In this document: piece by piece, positions 1 to 10,563 of the stretch | How positions within the stretch are numbered: position 1 is the first letter of the stretch | Layout of the letters: each line of letters starts with the position of its first letter | Assembly (NCBI GenBank): GCA_902587145.1 | Contig: CACIKD010000001.1 | Coordinates: 122,805-186,804, forward strand | DNA: 64,000 nt | Reading direction: 5' to 3' | Source: an uncultured Pelagibacteraceae bacterium | Lineage (GTDB): Bacteria > Pseudomonadota > Alphaproteobacteria > Pelagibacterales > Pelagibacteraceae | The notes under the pieces: generated by a model | Database searches by the model: none | The model's input: only the letters and a program-made list of their open reading frames with translations | What the model was told of the DNA's origin: nothing | Made by a program: the position numbers and the translations under genes

Positions 1-139
1 TTGTTTGACCAAATCCTTTTTCCAAAGGTTCGGCGACAACTTTTGCAAAAGATTTATCATCACTGCTCGTAATATTTAACTTATTTGGCTTAATTAAATC
101 TTTCCAATTTTTATCAATGATATTAGTGTTTGATTGCAT
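1..139 (-). CDS. rpoA: RNA polymerase alpha subunit, N-terminal part (runs off window start)
   Basis: Manual translation from ATG at 139: [21 protein letters not shown]...[13 protein letters not shown] (EPLExGFG motif); follows rpsK with a TAATG overlap. Confidence 0.95.
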   Translation of the reverse strand, partial: MQSNTNIIDKNWKDLIKPNKLNITSSDDKSFAKVVAEPLEKGFGQT

Positions 140-579
140 TAAACTCTCCTTTTTTTTGGTGGTCGTGTGCCATTGTGTGGCATAGGTGTTGTGTCTTTAA
201 TAGAAATAATTTTGAAACCTCTAGATTGTAATGATCTTAATGCTGTTTCTCTTCCTGAACCTGGACCTTTTACTTGAACTGTTAATGTTCTTAAACCCAT
301 TTCGTAAGCTTTCGCTCCAGCATCATCAGCCGCCACCTGCGCTGCATAGGGAGTAGATTTTCTCGATCCTTTAAATCCTTTTGAACCCGCAGAGGACCAA
401 GAAATTACATTTCCTGTTTCATCTGCAATTGATATAATAGTGTTATTAAAAGTGGAATTTACAAAAGCAATTCCAGAAGTAACATTTCTTTTAGTTTTTT
501 TCTTTTTTTTAAATTGAGTTTCTTTTTTTTTAACTTCTTTATTTTCTATCTCTTTTTTTTCTTCAACTTTTTTATTCAT
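139..579 (-). CDS. rpsK: 30S ribosomal protein S11
   Basis: [33 protein letters not shown] motifs. Confidence 0.99.
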   Translation of the reverse strand: MNKKVEEKKEIENKEVKKKETQFKKKKKTKRNVTSGIAFVNSTFNNTIISIADETGNVISWSSAGSKGFKGSRKSTPYAAQVAADDAGAKAYEMGLRTLTVQVKGPGSGRETALRSLQSRGFKIISIKDTTPMPHNGTRPPKKRRV

Positions 580-581
580 AA

Positions 582-965
582 TTATTTTTTAAGTGGTGTT
601 AATTTTTTTCCTGCAATCGCTATTGCTTTACCTTTTCTTGTTCTTGCATTACAATGAGTTCTTTGGCCTCTAACTGGTAATTTCTTTTTATGTCTACTAC
701 CCCTATAAGTAGCTAAGTCAACTAATCTTTTTATATTTACTGATATGTCTCTTCTTAGATCACCCTCAACTTTGTGATTCGTGTCAATATATTCTCTTAT
801 TTTTAAAACCTGTTCCTCAGAAAGTTGATTTACTCTAGTAGTTTCAGAGATGTTAAGTTGCTTACAAATTTTTTTTGATGAATATAAACCGATGCCGTGA
901 ATATATGTTAATGCAATACTAACAACTTTATTTTGTGGAATGTTTATTCCTGCTATACGAGCCAT
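582..965 (-). CDS. rpsM: 30S ribosomal protein S13
   Basis: [14 protein letters not shown] motifs. Confidence 0.99.
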   Translation of the reverse strand: MARIAGINIPQNKVVSIALTYIHGIGLYSSKKICKQLNISETTRVNQLSEEQVLKIREYIDTNHKVEGDLRRDISVNIKRLVDLATYRGSRHKKKLPVRGQRTHCNARTRKGKAIAIAGKKLTPLKK

Positions 966-993
966 ATTATAAAGGGTTTAATTTCTATGTGCG

Positions 994-1022
994 TATTTAA
1001 TGACGTTATTGATTAATGTCAA
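994..1022 (-). promoter_or_regulatory. Putative sigma70 promoter of the rpsM-rpsK-rpoA operon
   Basis: Minus strand TTGACA (1022-1017), 17 nt spacer, TAAATA (999-994) in the adk-rpsM gap. Confidence 0.7.
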
Positions 1023-1024
1023 CC

Positions 1025-1591
1025 CTATATAGCGGAAATAATAGCCCTAATTTCATCGTTTATTTGATCTATAGGTCTTTCTCCATCCACCACTTTTAAT
1101 AAATTCAATTTTTTATAATATTCAATTACAGGTTTGGTTGATTTTTCATAAGTTTCAAATCTTCTTATTGCAATTTCCTCGTTATCATCAGATCTTTTCT
1201 CTAAATCACGTCTTTCTGAAATTCTTTTTTTAATTGTTTCTAAGCTTACTGATAATTTTAAAACAACATCTATTTTTTGCTTATATTTCTTTAACAAATT
1301 ATCTAAATTTTTTGCTTGATTTAGGTTTCTCGGGTAACCATCAAATACAATTCTATTTTGGTACTTACTATCTGAAATAATTTTTTCTATTAAATTAGAA
1401 ACAATTATATCAGAAACTAGCTCACCCGAATTTATAACTGAAAAAATTTTTTTTCCTAATTTCGTATTATTTGAAATTTCTTTCCTTAAAAATTCTCCAG
1501 TAGAGAGCTGAAACATATTAAACTTTTCTACAATAAACTTGGATTGCGTTCCTTTACCTGCGCCAGGTGGTCCAAAAATAACTAAGTTCAT
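1025..1591 (-). CDS. adk: Adenylate kinase (short, LID-less type)
   Basis: GPPGAGKGTQ P-loop, FDGYPR, RSDD; follows secY. Confidence 0.98.
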   Translation of the reverse strand: MNLVIFGPPGAGKGTQSKFIVEKFNMFQLSTGEFLRKEISNNTKLGKKIFSVINSGELVSDIIVSNLIEKIISDSKYQNRIVFDGYPRNLNQAKNLDNLLKKYKQKIDVVLKLSVSLETIKKRISERRDLEKRSDDNEEIAIRRFETYEKSTKPVIEYYKKLNLLKVVDGERPIDQINDEIRAIISAI

Positions 1592-1595
1592 TTTG

Positions 1596-2897
1596 TTATT
1601 TCCCGAATTTAGCTTTTTTTATTAAAGATTCGTATTGTGAGCTCATTAATCTAGTTTGAACTTGTGTCACTGTATCCATTGCTACCACAACCACAATTAA
1701 AATTGATGTTCCACCTAAATAAAATGGAATTGGATATCTTGCTATTAAAAACTCTGGCATCAAGCACACAATAGTTAAATACATTGCGCCAATAGTAGTT
1801 AGTCTTGTTAAAATTGTTTCTATATACTCCGCGGTTCTTTCACCTGGTCTTATACCAGGAATATAACCTCCATATTTTCTTAAATTTTCTGCAGTTTCTT
1901 TTGGATTGAATACAATTGAAGTGTAGAAAAATGAAAAAAATATAATTCCAAAAGCATATAAAGCCATATACAGTGGTTGACCTTGAGTGAAGAGAGATGA
2001 AATATTTATAAAAAAATCTGACTCTGCAAAACCAAAATTGCTCATAGTTATAGGTAACAAGAGTAAAGCTGAAGCAAATATAGCTGGTATTACGCCTGCT
2101 GTGTTAATTTTTAATGGTAAATGTGAAGACTCGCCGCCGTAAATTTTGTTACCCATTTGCCTCTTTGGATAATTAATTAAAATTTTTCTTACTGCTCTTT
2201 CAAAGAAAACAATAAACAAAACTGTTATAATTACTAAAATAAATATTCCTACTATCATTACTGCAGATAATGCACCTGTTCTTCCAAGCTCAAACGTTGA
2301 GGCAAGAGCTCTTGGTATTTCAGCAACAATACCTGAGAATATTATTAATGATATACCATTTCCTATCCCTCTAAGAGTAATTTGTTCTCCTAACCACATT
2401 AAAAAAGTTGTTCCTGCTACCAAAGATATAGTGGTTGTAACTCTAAAATACATTCCGGGTTCTAAAACTAAGTTTCCTGCATTTTCAATTCCTACAGCAA
2501 CACCATAACCTTGAAGACCAGCAATCATAACAGTTCCGTATCTTGTAATTTGAGTTATTTTTTTTCTACCCATTTCTCCTTGTTCTTTTAAGTTTTTAAA
2601 ATAATCAGAAGTTCCAGTTAACAACTGAACTATAATTGATGAAGATATATATGGCATAATTCCAAGAGCAAATATTGCCATTCTAGTTACTGCGCCTCCA
2701 GAAAACATATTAAACATTCCAAGAAGACCTTTTTGGCTCGATGCCATAATTTCTTTTAAAGCGTCTGGATCAATGCCTGCTAATGGGACGTAAGTGCCCA
2801 ATCTATAAATAATTAATAGAAAAATTGTAAAAAAAATCCTATTTTTTAAATCTGTTGCATGACTAAAAGCACCAGGGTTTAAATTTTCACTAGACAT
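1596..2897 (-). CDS. secY: Preprotein translocase SecY
   Basis: LGIMPYI, GIGNGISL, IPGIRPG, GGTSILIVV motifs. Confidence 0.99.
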   Translation of the reverse strand: MSSENLNPGAFSHATDLKNRIFFTIFLLIIYRLGTYVPLAGIDPDALKEIMASSQKGLLGMFNMFSGGAVTRMAIFALGIMPYISSSIIVQLLTGTSDYFKNLKEQGEMGRKKITQITRYGTVMIAGLQGYGVAVGIENAGNLVLEPGMYFRVTTTISLVAGTTFLMWLGEQITLRGIGNGISLIIFSGIVAEIPRALASTFELGRTGALSAVMIVGIFILVIITVLFIVFFERAVRKILINYPKRQMGNKIYGGESSHLPLKINTAGVIPAIFASALLLLPITMSNFGFAESDFFINISSLFTQGQPLYMALYAFGIIFFSFFYTSIVFNPKETAENLRKYGGYIPGIRPGERTAEYIETILTRLTTIGAMYLTIVCLMPEFLIARYPIPFYLGGTSILIVVVVAMDTVTQVQTRLMSSQYESLIKKAKFGK

Positions 2898-2901
2898 AAT
2901 T

Positions 2902-3354
2902 TTAATTCTTAATAAGAGTTAATTTTCCACCAATTTTTTCAATTTTTTCTTTGGCTTGTTTTGAAACGAAATTGACTGATAAGTTAATTTTATTTTTAAT
3001 TTCACCTTGGCCTAATATTTTTAGTTTTTCATATTTTTTTGCAATAATATTTTTACTTTGTAACGTCTTTAAATCTAAATTATTGCTTAAAGTAAGTTTT
3101 TTTTTATCAAAAAAACTTTGTATATTTGACAAATTTAATATTGCTGTATTTGATTTTTTAAAAGATTTGAATCCACGTTTAGGCAATCGTCTAAATAAAG
3201 GCATTTGACCACCTTCAAAACTTTTAATAGCAACTCCTGATCTGGCTTTTTGGCCTTTATGACCTCTGCCAGATGTTTTTCCTTTTCCGGATCCTATACC
3301 TCTACCAGGTCTAATTTTTTTTTTATTTGTTTTTATTAGATTGTTTAACTTCAT
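2902..3354 (-). CDS. rplO: 50S ribosomal protein L15
   Basis: [27 protein letters not shown]. Confidence 0.99.
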   Translation of the reverse strand: MKLNNLIKTNKKKIRPGRGIGSGKGKTSGRGHKGQKARSGVAIKSFEGGQMPLFRRLPKRGFKSFKKSNTAILNLSNIQSFFDKKKLTLSNNLDLKTLQSKNIIAKKYEKLKILGQGEIKNKINLSVNFVSKQAKEKIEKIGGKLTLIKN

Positions 3355-3857
3355 TTTTTGTGTTCTCTTTTTGAAATAATTTCAGATATTTTTTTTCCTC
3401 TAATTGATGATAGAAGCTTAGGTGAAATTTGTGATCTTAGTCCATTTACACATGCTTTTAAAACATTATGTGGATTTGCAGAGCCTAATGATTTTGCAAC
3501 AACATCTTGAATACCTAAAACTTCACAAACTGATCTAATCGCTCCTCCAGCGATTATACCTGTACCTGCTGGTGCAGATCTCATAAATACTTTTCCAGAC
3601 CCGTTCTTACCTTTAACATCATGATGCAAAGTTCTTCCATCCTTTAAAGGTATTTTTACTTGGTTTCTTTTAGCAACCTCAGTAGCTTTTTTTATAGCAT
3701 CAGGAACTTGTTTTGATTTACCTTGACCTATACCTATTGATCCTTTTTGGTTTCCAACAACAACTAAAGCAGCAAACCCAAATCTTCGTCCACCTTTAAC
3801 AACTTTAGTTATTCTATTGATAGCTACTAGCTTTTCTTTATATTCAATTTCACTCAT
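3351..3857 (-). CDS. rpsE: 30S ribosomal protein S5
   Basis: [17 protein letters not shown]. Confidence 0.99.
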   Translation of the reverse strand: MSEIEYKEKLVAINRITKVVKGGRRFGFAALVVVGNQKGSIGIGQGKSKQVPDAIKKATEVAKRNQVKIPLKDGRTLHHDVKGKNGSGKVFMRSAPAGTGIIAGGAIRSVCEVLGIQDVVAKSLGSANPHNVLKACVNGLRSQISPKLLSSIRGKKISEIISKREHKK

Positions 3858-4211
3858 TTATAATTTTAATCCATTCTTTCTAAGAGAGTCAGCTAATGCC
3901 TTAATGCGCCCATGGTATTTATAGCCTCCTCTATCAAAATAAACACTGCTTATCTTTTTTTCTTTTGCTCTTTTTGCAAGTAATTCTCCTAAAATATTAG
4001 ATAAATCCATTTTTTTTGTTTTATTTTTTTTAATCTCTTTTTCTGTTGAAGAAGCTGAAACTAATGTTTTGCTTATTTTATCATCTATAATTTGGGCTGA
4101 AATATTTTTAGAAGATTTAAAAACACTAATTCTTAATTTATTAGTGTTTACATCTTTTAATTTTTTTCTATTCCTTGTTTTTCTTTTTATTTTTGAACTA
4201 ACTTTCTTCAT
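3858..4211 (-). CDS. rplR: 50S ribosomal protein L18
   Basis: FDRGGYKYHGRIKALAD. Confidence 0.99.
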   Translation of the reverse strand: MKKVSSKIKRKTRNRKKLKDVNTNKLRISVFKSSKNISAQIIDDKISKTLVSASSTEKEIKKNKTKKMDLSNILGELLAKRAKEKKISSVYFDRGGYKYHGRIKALADSLRKNGLKL

Positions 4212-4757
4212 TTATTTTTTCTTTCCCTCTTTTCTTAAAACATACTGATTTCTTTCTTTAATACCTTTGCCTTTATAAGGCTCTACAGGCTTTAAAGATT
4301 TAATGTCTGAAGCTATTTTTGATACAAGTTCTTTATCTACACCGTTAATTTTAATAATAGTTTGCTTTTCCACCTGTATTTTTACATCTTTCGGAAATTT
4401 AAAATTCACATCATGACTAAATCCTATTTGTAAATTTAAAGTTTCACCTTTTAAATTAGCCCTAAAACCTACACCGTTTAGTTCAAGTATTTTTTCATGT
4501 CCTGATGAAACACCAATAACAGCGTTGTTTATAAGACTTCTATAAGTTCCCCATAATAATAGTGTCTTGTGATCTACTGTTTTGTTTATTGGGTTAATTT
4601 GAAATTCATTTTTTTCGTTCACTTTCGAAGAAAATATTTTTTCATTAATAAAAAGTGATTTGTTTCCTTTGGGACCGGTAACTGTAATTTTATCACCTTC
4701 TACTTTAATAGATGTGTCTTTCGGTAACATAATATTTTTTTTTCCAATTTTTGACAT
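4212..4757 (-). CDS. rplF: 50S ribosomal protein L6
   Basis: GVGFR, EPYKGKGI, RKEGKKK. Confidence 0.99.
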   Translation of the reverse strand: MSKIGKKNIMLPKDTSIKVEGDKITVTGPKGNKSLFINEKIFSSKVNEKNEFQINPINKTVDHKTLLLWGTYRSLINNAVIGVSSGHEKILELNGVGFRANLKGETLNLQIGFSHDVNFKFPKDVKIQVEKQTIIKINGVDKELVSKIASDIKSLKPVEPYKGKGIKERNQYVLRKEGKKK

Positions 4758-5155
4758 TAAAATACCTTACAAATTATTTCCCCACCAATATTATTTTTTC
4801 TAGCTTCAATATCTGACATTACGCCTTGCGAGGTAGATATAATAGCCATCCCTAATCCATTTTGTATTTTTGGGATACTAGTAGCTCTTGAGTACACTCT
4901 TCTACCAGGTTTTGAAATACGCTTAATTTCTTTAATAACAGGTGTTCCCTCGTAATATTTCAAATTTACTTTAATAATTTTTTTGTTATTTTCGCTACTT
5001 TCTAAAAAGAAACTGCTTATATATCCTTCTGTTTTTAAAATTTCTAATATTTTAGATCTAAACTTAGATGCTGGTATATTTACTGAGTTTAAATTTCTCA
5101 TTTGACCATTTCTAATTCTTGTAAACATATCGCCAATTGGATCAACTAAAGTCAT
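4757..5155 (-). CDS. rpsH: 30S ribosomal protein S8
   Basis: DPIGDMFTRIRN, SKPGRRVY. Confidence 0.99.
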   Translation of the reverse strand: MTLVDPIGDMFTRIRNGQMRNLNSVNIPASKFRSKILEILKTEGYISSFFLESSENNKKIIKVNLKYYEGTPVIKEIKRISKPGRRVYSRATSIPKIQNGLGMAIISTSQGVMSDIEARKNNIGGEIICKVF

Positions 5156-5162
5156 ATTCCTC

Positions 5163-5468
5163 CTACCAACTTGATTTAATTATACCAGGAATTTTTCCAG
5201 AAGACGCCATGTCTCTAAGAGCTATCCTGGAAATTTTTAATTTTCTATAATATCCATGTGGTCTTCCTGATATTCCACATCGATTCCTAATTCTTACTCT
5301 TGACGAGTTCTTAGGTAATTTGTCTAATTTCAACTGAGCAGCAAATCTCTCTGCTAATTCTAATTTTTTATTCATTATTATTTTTTTTAACTTCATTCTT
5401 TTTTTTTCAAATCTATTTACCATTTTCATTCTCTTTAAATTTTTTTGTATTGCACTTTTTTTTGCCAT
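5163..5468 (-). CDS. rpsN: 30S ribosomal protein S14 (long, Zn-independent form)
   Basis: 101 aa, RNRCGISGRP, IPGIIKSSW. Confidence 0.99.
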   Translation of the reverse strand: MAKKSAIQKNLKRMKMVNRFEKKRMKLKKIIMNKKLELAERFAAQLKLDKLPKNSSRVRIRNRCGISGRPHGYYRKLKISRIALRDMASSGKIPGIIKSSW

Positions 5469-5469
5469 T

Positions 5470-6024
5470 TTACCTCGCTTTTTTTTCAGTTATTGGAAAG
5501 TTAAATTCTTTCAAAAGTTCAAGAGTTCCTTTTTTTGAAGTGTTAGATGTAACTATAGTAATGTCTAAACCTCTAATTTTATCTACTTTATCAAAATTCA
5601 CTTCAGGAAATATAATGTGTTCTTTTATACCAAAACTATAGTTTCCTGAGTTATCAATTCCGTCAGCTTTTAAACCTCTGAAATCTTTTATTCTTGGCAA
5701 AGCAATGTTTACCAGTCTATCAACAAACTCGTACATTTTATTTGCTCTAAGTGTAACTTTAGCACCTGCGCTTTGACCTTTTCTAGTTTTGAAGTTTGCT
5801 ATAGATTTTTTGAATTTCGTGATGACCGGCTTCTGGCCAGTTATTAAACTTAAATCATCTAAACTAGTTTTAATTTTTTTTCCATCCGAAGCGTCTTCTC
5901 CTAAGCCCATATTTAAAACTATTTTTATAAGCTTTGGTGCTTGATGTTTATTTTTATAGTTTAGTTTAGTCATCAAATTTTTTATTATATCTTTCTCGTA
6001 TAATGTTTTTAGTCTTGGTGTCAT
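5470..6024 (-). CDS. rplE: 50S ribosomal protein L5
   Basis: TGQKP, LPRIKDFRG, IIFPE. Confidence 0.99.
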   Translation of the reverse strand: MTPRLKTLYEKDIIKNLMTKLNYKNKHQAPKLIKIVLNMGLGEDASDGKKIKTSLDDLSLITGQKPVITKFKKSIANFKTRKGQSAGAKVTLRANKMYEFVDRLVNIALPRIKDFRGLKADGIDNSGNYSFGIKEHIIFPEVNFDKVDKIRGLDITIVTSNTSKKGTLELLKEFNFPITEKKAR

Positions 6025-6284
6025 TATTTTTTGCTCACTTTTTTAGTTTTAGTTTTAGAAACTTGTTTATCAATATTTTTTACGTTTGATATATGTATAA
6101 AATTTTCTTTTGAAATAATTCCACCCTTATTTTCTTTTGTAGGCTTAAGATGTTTCTTAATCATGTTAATAGCTTTAATCTTTACTCTATTCGAACTTCT
6201 ATTAATTTCTAAAATTTCACCAGTTTTTCCTTTATCTTTGCCAGAAATAACTTTTACTTGTGATCCCTTTTTTAAACTTAACAT
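6024..6284 (-). CDS. rplX: 50S ribosomal protein L24 (C-terminally short)
   Basis: KOW motif [17 protein letters not shown]; position between rplN and rplE. Confidence 0.97.
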   Translation of the reverse strand: MLSLKKGSQVKVISGKDKGKTGEILEINRSSNRVKIKAINMIKKHLKPTKENKGGIISKENFIHISNVKNIDKQVSKTKTKKVSKK

Positions 6285-6653
6285 TTATAAAACCTCCGGT
6301 GCTAATGATATAATTTTAGTATGCCCTCTAACTCTTAATTCTCTAGTAACAGGTCCAAATATTCTTGTTCCAATAGGCTCACCTTTTTCATCCGTTAAAA
6401 CAACAGCGTTGGTATCAAATTGAATTTTTGATCCATCATTTCTAAATATTTCTTTTTTTGTTCTTACAACTACCGCTTTGTGAACTGCACCTTTTTTTAC
6501 CTTGCCTTTTGGAATGGCATCTTTTACGCTTATTACAATAATATCTCCAACAGAAGCATATCTTCTTTTAGATCCACCAAGAACTTTTATGCACTCGACT
6601 CGTTTTGCTCCAGTATTATCAGCTACATTTAACTCTGTTTGTACCTGTATCAT
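6285..6653 (-). CDS. rplN: 50S ribosomal protein L14
   Basis: [21 protein letters not shown]. Confidence 0.99.
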   Translation of the reverse strand: MIQVQTELNVADNTGAKRVECIKVLGGSKRRYASVGDIIVISVKDAIPKGKVKKGAVHKAVVVRTKKEIFRNDGSKIQFDTNAVVLTDEKGEPIGTRIFGPVTRELRVRGHTKIISLAPEVL

Positions 6654-6880
6654 TTTTCAATAACCTTCCATTTTTTTTTCTTTGAAATTGGATTGCATTC
6701 AATTATTTGAATTATTTCTCCCTCTTTAAATTTATTCTTTTCATCGTGAGCGTGGTATTTTTTTGATCTTTTAATTACTTTTCCATAAAAAGGATGAGCA
6801 AATTTTCTAGTCACTTCTACAACCACTGTCTTGTCATTTTTTGCACTTGTTATTACGCCTTTAAGTATTTTTTTTGTCAT
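6650..6880 (-). CDS. rpsQ: 30S ribosomal protein S17
   Basis: DKTVVV, HPFYGK, AHDE, PISKKK. Confidence 0.99.
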   Translation of the reverse strand: MTKKILKGVITSAKNDKTVVVEVTRKFAHPFYGKVIKRSKKYHAHDEKNKFKEGEIIQIIECNPISKKKKWKVIEK

Positions 6881-7068
6881 TTGGAGCCTTTTAGAGTTGT
6901 ATACAGTCTAGCTATACTTTTTTTAATTTCACCGTATTGTGCAGGGTTTTCAACTTGATTGTTTATTCTTTTAAACCTTATGTTTAATAAATCTTTTTTT
7001 AAAACTTCAAGTTTTTTCAAAGCCTGATCTTTCGTTAGTTTTTTATCTTCTTTTTTTTTTGTAGCCAT
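6877..7068 (-). CDS. rpmC: 50S ribosomal protein L29
   Basis: Size, position, KKSIAR-like helix. Confidence 0.95.
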   Translation of the reverse strand: MATKKKEDKKLTKDQALKKLEVLKKDLLNIRFKRINNQVENPAQYGEIKKSIARLYTTLKGSK

Positions 7069-7069
7069 A

Positions 7070-7474
7070 TTATCTGCTTATAAATTTAGTTTTAATTGGT
7101 AGTTTAGCTGATGCTTTATATAAAGCTTCTCTTGCAACTTCCTCTGTTACTCCGTCAATCTCAAAAATAATTCTTCCAGGTTTTACTCTACAAGCATAAT
7201 ATTCTGGCGATCCTTTTCCCTTACCCATTCTTACTTCTGTTGGTTTTTTTGACACCGGTATATTGGGAAATACTCTAGTCCAAACTTTACCAGTTCTTTT
7301 CATATATCTTGTTAAAGCAACTCTGGCAGCCTCGATTTGTTTTCCAATTACCCTTTCAGGCTGCATAGCCTTAAGCCCGAATTGTCCATAATTTAAAGTT
7401 ACAGCTCGACTAGCTTTACCTTTTATTCTTCCTTTAAAAGCTTTTCTATATTTAGTTCTTGTTGGTTGTAACAT
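7070..7474 (-). CDS. rplP: 50S ribosomal protein L16
   Basis: MLQP, QIEAAR, RMGKGKG. Confidence 0.99.
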   Translation of the reverse strand: MLQPTRTKYRKAFKGRIKGKASRAVTLNYGQFGLKAMQPERVIGKQIEAARVALTRYMKRTGKVWTRVFPNIPVSKKPTEVRMGKGKGSPEYYACRVKPGRIIFEIDGVTEEVAREALYKASAKLPIKTKFISR

Positions 7475-8138
7475 TTTTTACTCTTTCTATTTTTTGTTTT
7501 TCTATATCTTTATCAAATAACGCACCCTTAAAAATCCATACTTTAATTCCTATAATGCCATAAGTCGTAAGAGCTTCTGCAAAACCATAGTCTATGTTTG
7601 CTCTTAAAGTATGTGAGGGTATGCTACCTTCTCTTAACCATTCTGTACGAGCAATTTCATTTCCAGCTAGACGTCCACTAACCATAACTTTAATACCTTT
7701 AGCGTTTAATCTCATAGCTGATTGCATTGCTCTTTTCATTGCTCTTCTGTAAGCAATTCTTTTTACTAATTGTTGAGCTATATTTTCAGCCACTAAATTG
7801 GCATTAAGCTCTGGTTTTTTTATTTCCTTAATATTCACGTTTACATCACTGTCTGTAATTTTCATTAAATTTTTTTTAATTTTTTCAATATCAGAACCTT
7901 TTTTTCCGATAACAAAACCTGGTCTGGATGTATGGATAGAAACTGTACATTTTTTTGAAGACCTCTCAATAATTATTTCTGAAACACCAGAATTGGTTAT
8001 ATTTTTCTTTATATACTCCCTCATTTTAAAATCTTCTATTAAATATTTTCCAAAATCCTTTTTCTTTGCAAACCATGTAGAGTCCCAACCTCGATTTATT
8101 CCAAGTCTAAGACCGATTGGATTAATTTTTTGGCCCAT
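7452..8138 (-). CDS. rpsC: 30S ribosomal protein S3
   Basis: [35 protein letters not shown]. Confidence 0.99.
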   Translation of the reverse strand: MGQKINPIGLRLGINRGWDSTWFAKKKDFGKYLIEDFKMREYIKKNITNSGVSEIIIERSSKKCTVSIHTSRPGFVIGKKGSDIEKIKKNLMKITDSDVNVNIKEIKKPELNANLVAENIAQQLVKRIAYRRAMKRAMQSAMRLNAKGIKVMVSGRLAGNEIARTEWLREGSIPSHTLRANIDYGFAEALTTYGIIGIKVWIFKGALFDKDIEKQKIERVKNVTTNKN

Positions 8139-8496
8139 TTTTTATCTCCTTTTTTTCACTTAATACTATTGTTATTCTGCTAAATGGTTTTTTTATTGGA
8201 CTTGCTCTACCTTTTGCTCTAGGTCTAAATCTTTTCATAACTAAAGATTTACCTACATACGCCTCTTTTACATATAAATTATCAATGTCAAATTGATTAT
8301 TATTTTCAGCATTAGCTATGGCTGATTTTACAGTCTTGCTTACATCCAATGATATTTTTTTTCTTATAAAATTTAAATCTCTTAGAACAGCGTCAACTTT
8401 TTTACCCCTAATGTGATCTAAAACTAAAGATATTTTTCTCGGACTTGATCTAACGTTTTTATTAATTGCTTTCACAATATTGTTATTTTTTTGCAT
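8122..8496 (-). CDS. rplV: 50S ribosomal protein L22; likely start ATG at 8496 rather than 8601
   Basis: [20 protein letters not shown]; GGAG 6 nt upstream of ATG 8496; the longer ORF start lies inside rpsS. Confidence 0.95.
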   Translation of the reverse strand: MQKNNNIVKAINKNVRSSPRKISLVLDHIRGKKVDAVLRDLNFIRKKISLDVSKTVKSAIANAENNNQFDIDNLYVKEAYVGKSLVMKRFRPRAKGRASPIKKPFSRITIVLSEKKEIKNGPKN

Positions 8497-8812
8497 CTTT
8501 TGCTCCAGTTGCTGCCGGTGCTGCCGCTGCTTTTTCTGCAGCTGCTTTTTTATCTGCCGGTGTATGTCCTTTGAAAGTTCTAGTAGGAGCGAATTCTCCA
8601 AGTTTATGTCCTACCATTTCTTCAGAAATAGTTATTGGAATGAAAGATTTACCATTATGTATCATAAAGCTGTGTCCAACAAAGTCAGGAATAATAGTAG
8701 AATTCCTAGACCAAGTTTTAATTGGCTTTTTCGTAGGATTATTTTTAAGCTTATCAATTTTTTTTAATAAACTTGGGTGTACAAATGGACCTTTCCAAAT
8801 AGCTCTAGTCAT
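8483..8812 (-). CDS. rpsS: 30S ribosomal protein S19 with Ala/Lys-rich C-terminal tail
   Basis: [23 protein letters not shown]. Confidence 0.99.
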   Translation of the reverse strand: MTRAIWKGPFVHPSLLKKIDKLKNNPTKKPIKTWSRNSTIIPDFVGHSFMIHNGKSFIPITISEEMVGHKLGEFAPTRTFKGHTPADKKAAAEKAAAAPAATGAKDAKK

Positions 8813-8814
8813 AA

Positions 8815-9645
8815 TTATTTTCTTTTTTTCCTTCTAGTTATTATAAATTTATCGCTTCTTTTTGGCTTTCTAGTTTTTAATCCTTTAGCAGATTGACCCC
8901 ATGGTGAAACTGGGCTTCTTCCCCCTGAAGTTTTACCTTCACCACCACCGTGTGGGTGATCAACAGGATTCATTGCAACACCTCTGGATTGGGGACGCTT
9001 ACCTCGCCATCTATTTCTTCCCGCTTTTCCAATTTTAATGTTTTTTTGATCTGGATTTGAAACTGATCCTATTGTTGCATTACAATTTACGCTTACTTTT
9101 CTTGTTTCACCAGACGATAGTTTTAAAATTGCATAATCATCATCTATGCCTGATAAAGTTACTGAAGAACCAGCTGATCTTGCCAATTTTCCACCGTTTC
9201 CAGGAATTAACTCTACGTTATGAATCGTGGTTCCCGGTGGGATATCTTTTAACTTTAGACAGTTTCCATTTTTAATATCGACATTGTCTCCTGAAACAAT
9301 CTTATCACCCACTTTAAGTCCTTGTGGACATAAAATATAGTTTCTTACTTCATCTTCATACTTTACTAAAGCAATATACGATGTTCTGTTTGGATCATAT
9401 TCAATACGTTCTATAGTTGCAGATATATTTTTTTTATTTCTTAAAAAATCTATAATTCTGTACTTGTGTTTAACGCCACCGCCTCTGTGTCTAGAAGTTA
9501 TTCTTCCATAATTATTTCTACCACCAGAGGATTTTTGACCTTTTGTTAAAGGTTTATAAGGAGAACCTTTCCATAGACCGCTTTTATCTACTATTACAGT
9601 TCCTCTATTTGATTTGGTATATGGTTTAAATGTTTTTAAGCTCAT
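8815..9645 (-). CDS. rplB: 50S ribosomal protein L2
   Basis: [22 protein letters not shown]. Confidence 0.99.
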   Translation of the reverse strand: MSLKTFKPYTKSNRGTVIVDKSGLWKGSPYKPLTKGQKSSGGRNNYGRITSRHRGGGVKHKYRIIDFLRNKKNISATIERIEYDPNRTSYIALVKYEDEVRNYILCPQGLKVGDKIVSGDNVDIKNGNCLKLKDIPPGTTIHNVELIPGNGGKLARSAGSSVTLSGIDDDYAILKLSSGETRKVSVNCNATIGSVSNPDQKNIKIGKAGRNRWRGKRPQSRGVAMNPVDHPHGGGEGKTSGGRSPVSPWGQSAKGLKTRKPKRSDKFIITRRKKRK

Positions 9646-9647
9646 AA

Positions 9648-9941
9648 TTAAATTCCAGTCGTCAAGTCAATACTTTGACCTTTTTTTAGTGTTACTATAG
9701 CTTTTTTGTAACCGCTTTTTTTTGATAATTTTCCTTGTTTAAATTTAATTTTAGATTTCAAATTAACAATGTTCACTTTAATCACATTTACTTTAAATAA
9801 TTTCTCAATATTCTTTTTAATATTTTTTTTGTTTGCCTTTTTATGCACCTTAAACACAGTTTTATTTTGTTCTGAAAGAACAGTCGCTTTTTCAGTGATT
9901 ATTGGACGGATAATAGAATCTAGATAATTAATTTTTTTCAT
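9648..9941 (-). CDS. rplW: 50S ribosomal protein L23
   Basis: PIITEKA, KKAIVTL. Confidence 0.99.
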   Translation of the reverse strand: MKKINYLDSIIRPIITEKATVLSEQNKTVFKVHKKANKKNIKKNIEKLFKVNVIKVNIVNLKSKIKFKQGKLSKKSGYKKAIVTLKKGQSIDLTTGI

Positions 9942-10563
9942 TTAATATCCTTTTCTCTAAATTTTTGACTGAACTTTGAGTTAGCAAAACATTTTTGTAT
10001 TTCATCATGTCATAAATATTTGCTCCAGCATCATTTATAATTTTTAGATCTTTTATATTCCTTGCGGATTTATTAATATTTTTTAATGTTTCTAAATCTG
10101 AAATAATAATAACGTTTAAAAGATTATTTTTTTTTAAAAAATTATTAAATTCTTTTGTTTTCTTTATTTCTTTTTTTACATCAGTTAAAACAAATAAGTT
10201 CTTATCAGAATTTTTTTTTGACAAAGTGTGTGCAAGAGCTAATTTTCTCACTTTTTTGTTAATTTTTTTAATTTTATATACTGCACCCTTAGGACCGTGT
10301 GCAACTCCACCACCAACAAAGATAGGTGCTTTTCTACTTGCGTGACGAGCTCCTCCGCTTCCTTTCTGAGGAACTATTTTTTTTGTTGATCCTTTAATTT
10401 CATTTTTTTGTTTAGTTTTAGCCATTCTTGGTTTTAAGTGATTAAGCTGCCAATCTACAACCGATTTAATTAATTTATAATTAATTTTATGTTTAAAAAT
10501 CTTATCTGAAATTTCAATCGTTTCGGATTTAGCGTTTTCTAAGTTTAATAATTTTACCTTCAT
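9928..10563 (-). CDS. rplD: 50S ribosomal protein L4
   Basis: QKGSGGARH, GGGVAHGP. Confidence 0.99.
   Translation of the reverse strand: MKVKLLNLENAKSETIEISDKIFKHKINYKLIKSVVDWQLNHLKPRMAKTKQKNEIKGSTKKIVPQKGSGGARHASRKAPIFVGGGVAHGPKGAVYKIKKINKKVRKLALAHTLSKKNSDKNLFVLTDVKKEIKKTKEFNNFLKKNNLLNVIIISDLETLKNINKSARNIKDLKIINDAGANIYDMMKYKNVLLTQSSVKNLEKRILNEKN

Noticed and set aside
8497-8601. Extended N-terminus of the rplV ORF ([11 protein letters not shown]...QQLEQK)
   Set aside because: It is an alternative frame of rpsS. ATG 8496 has an RBS and gives a normal-sized L22.
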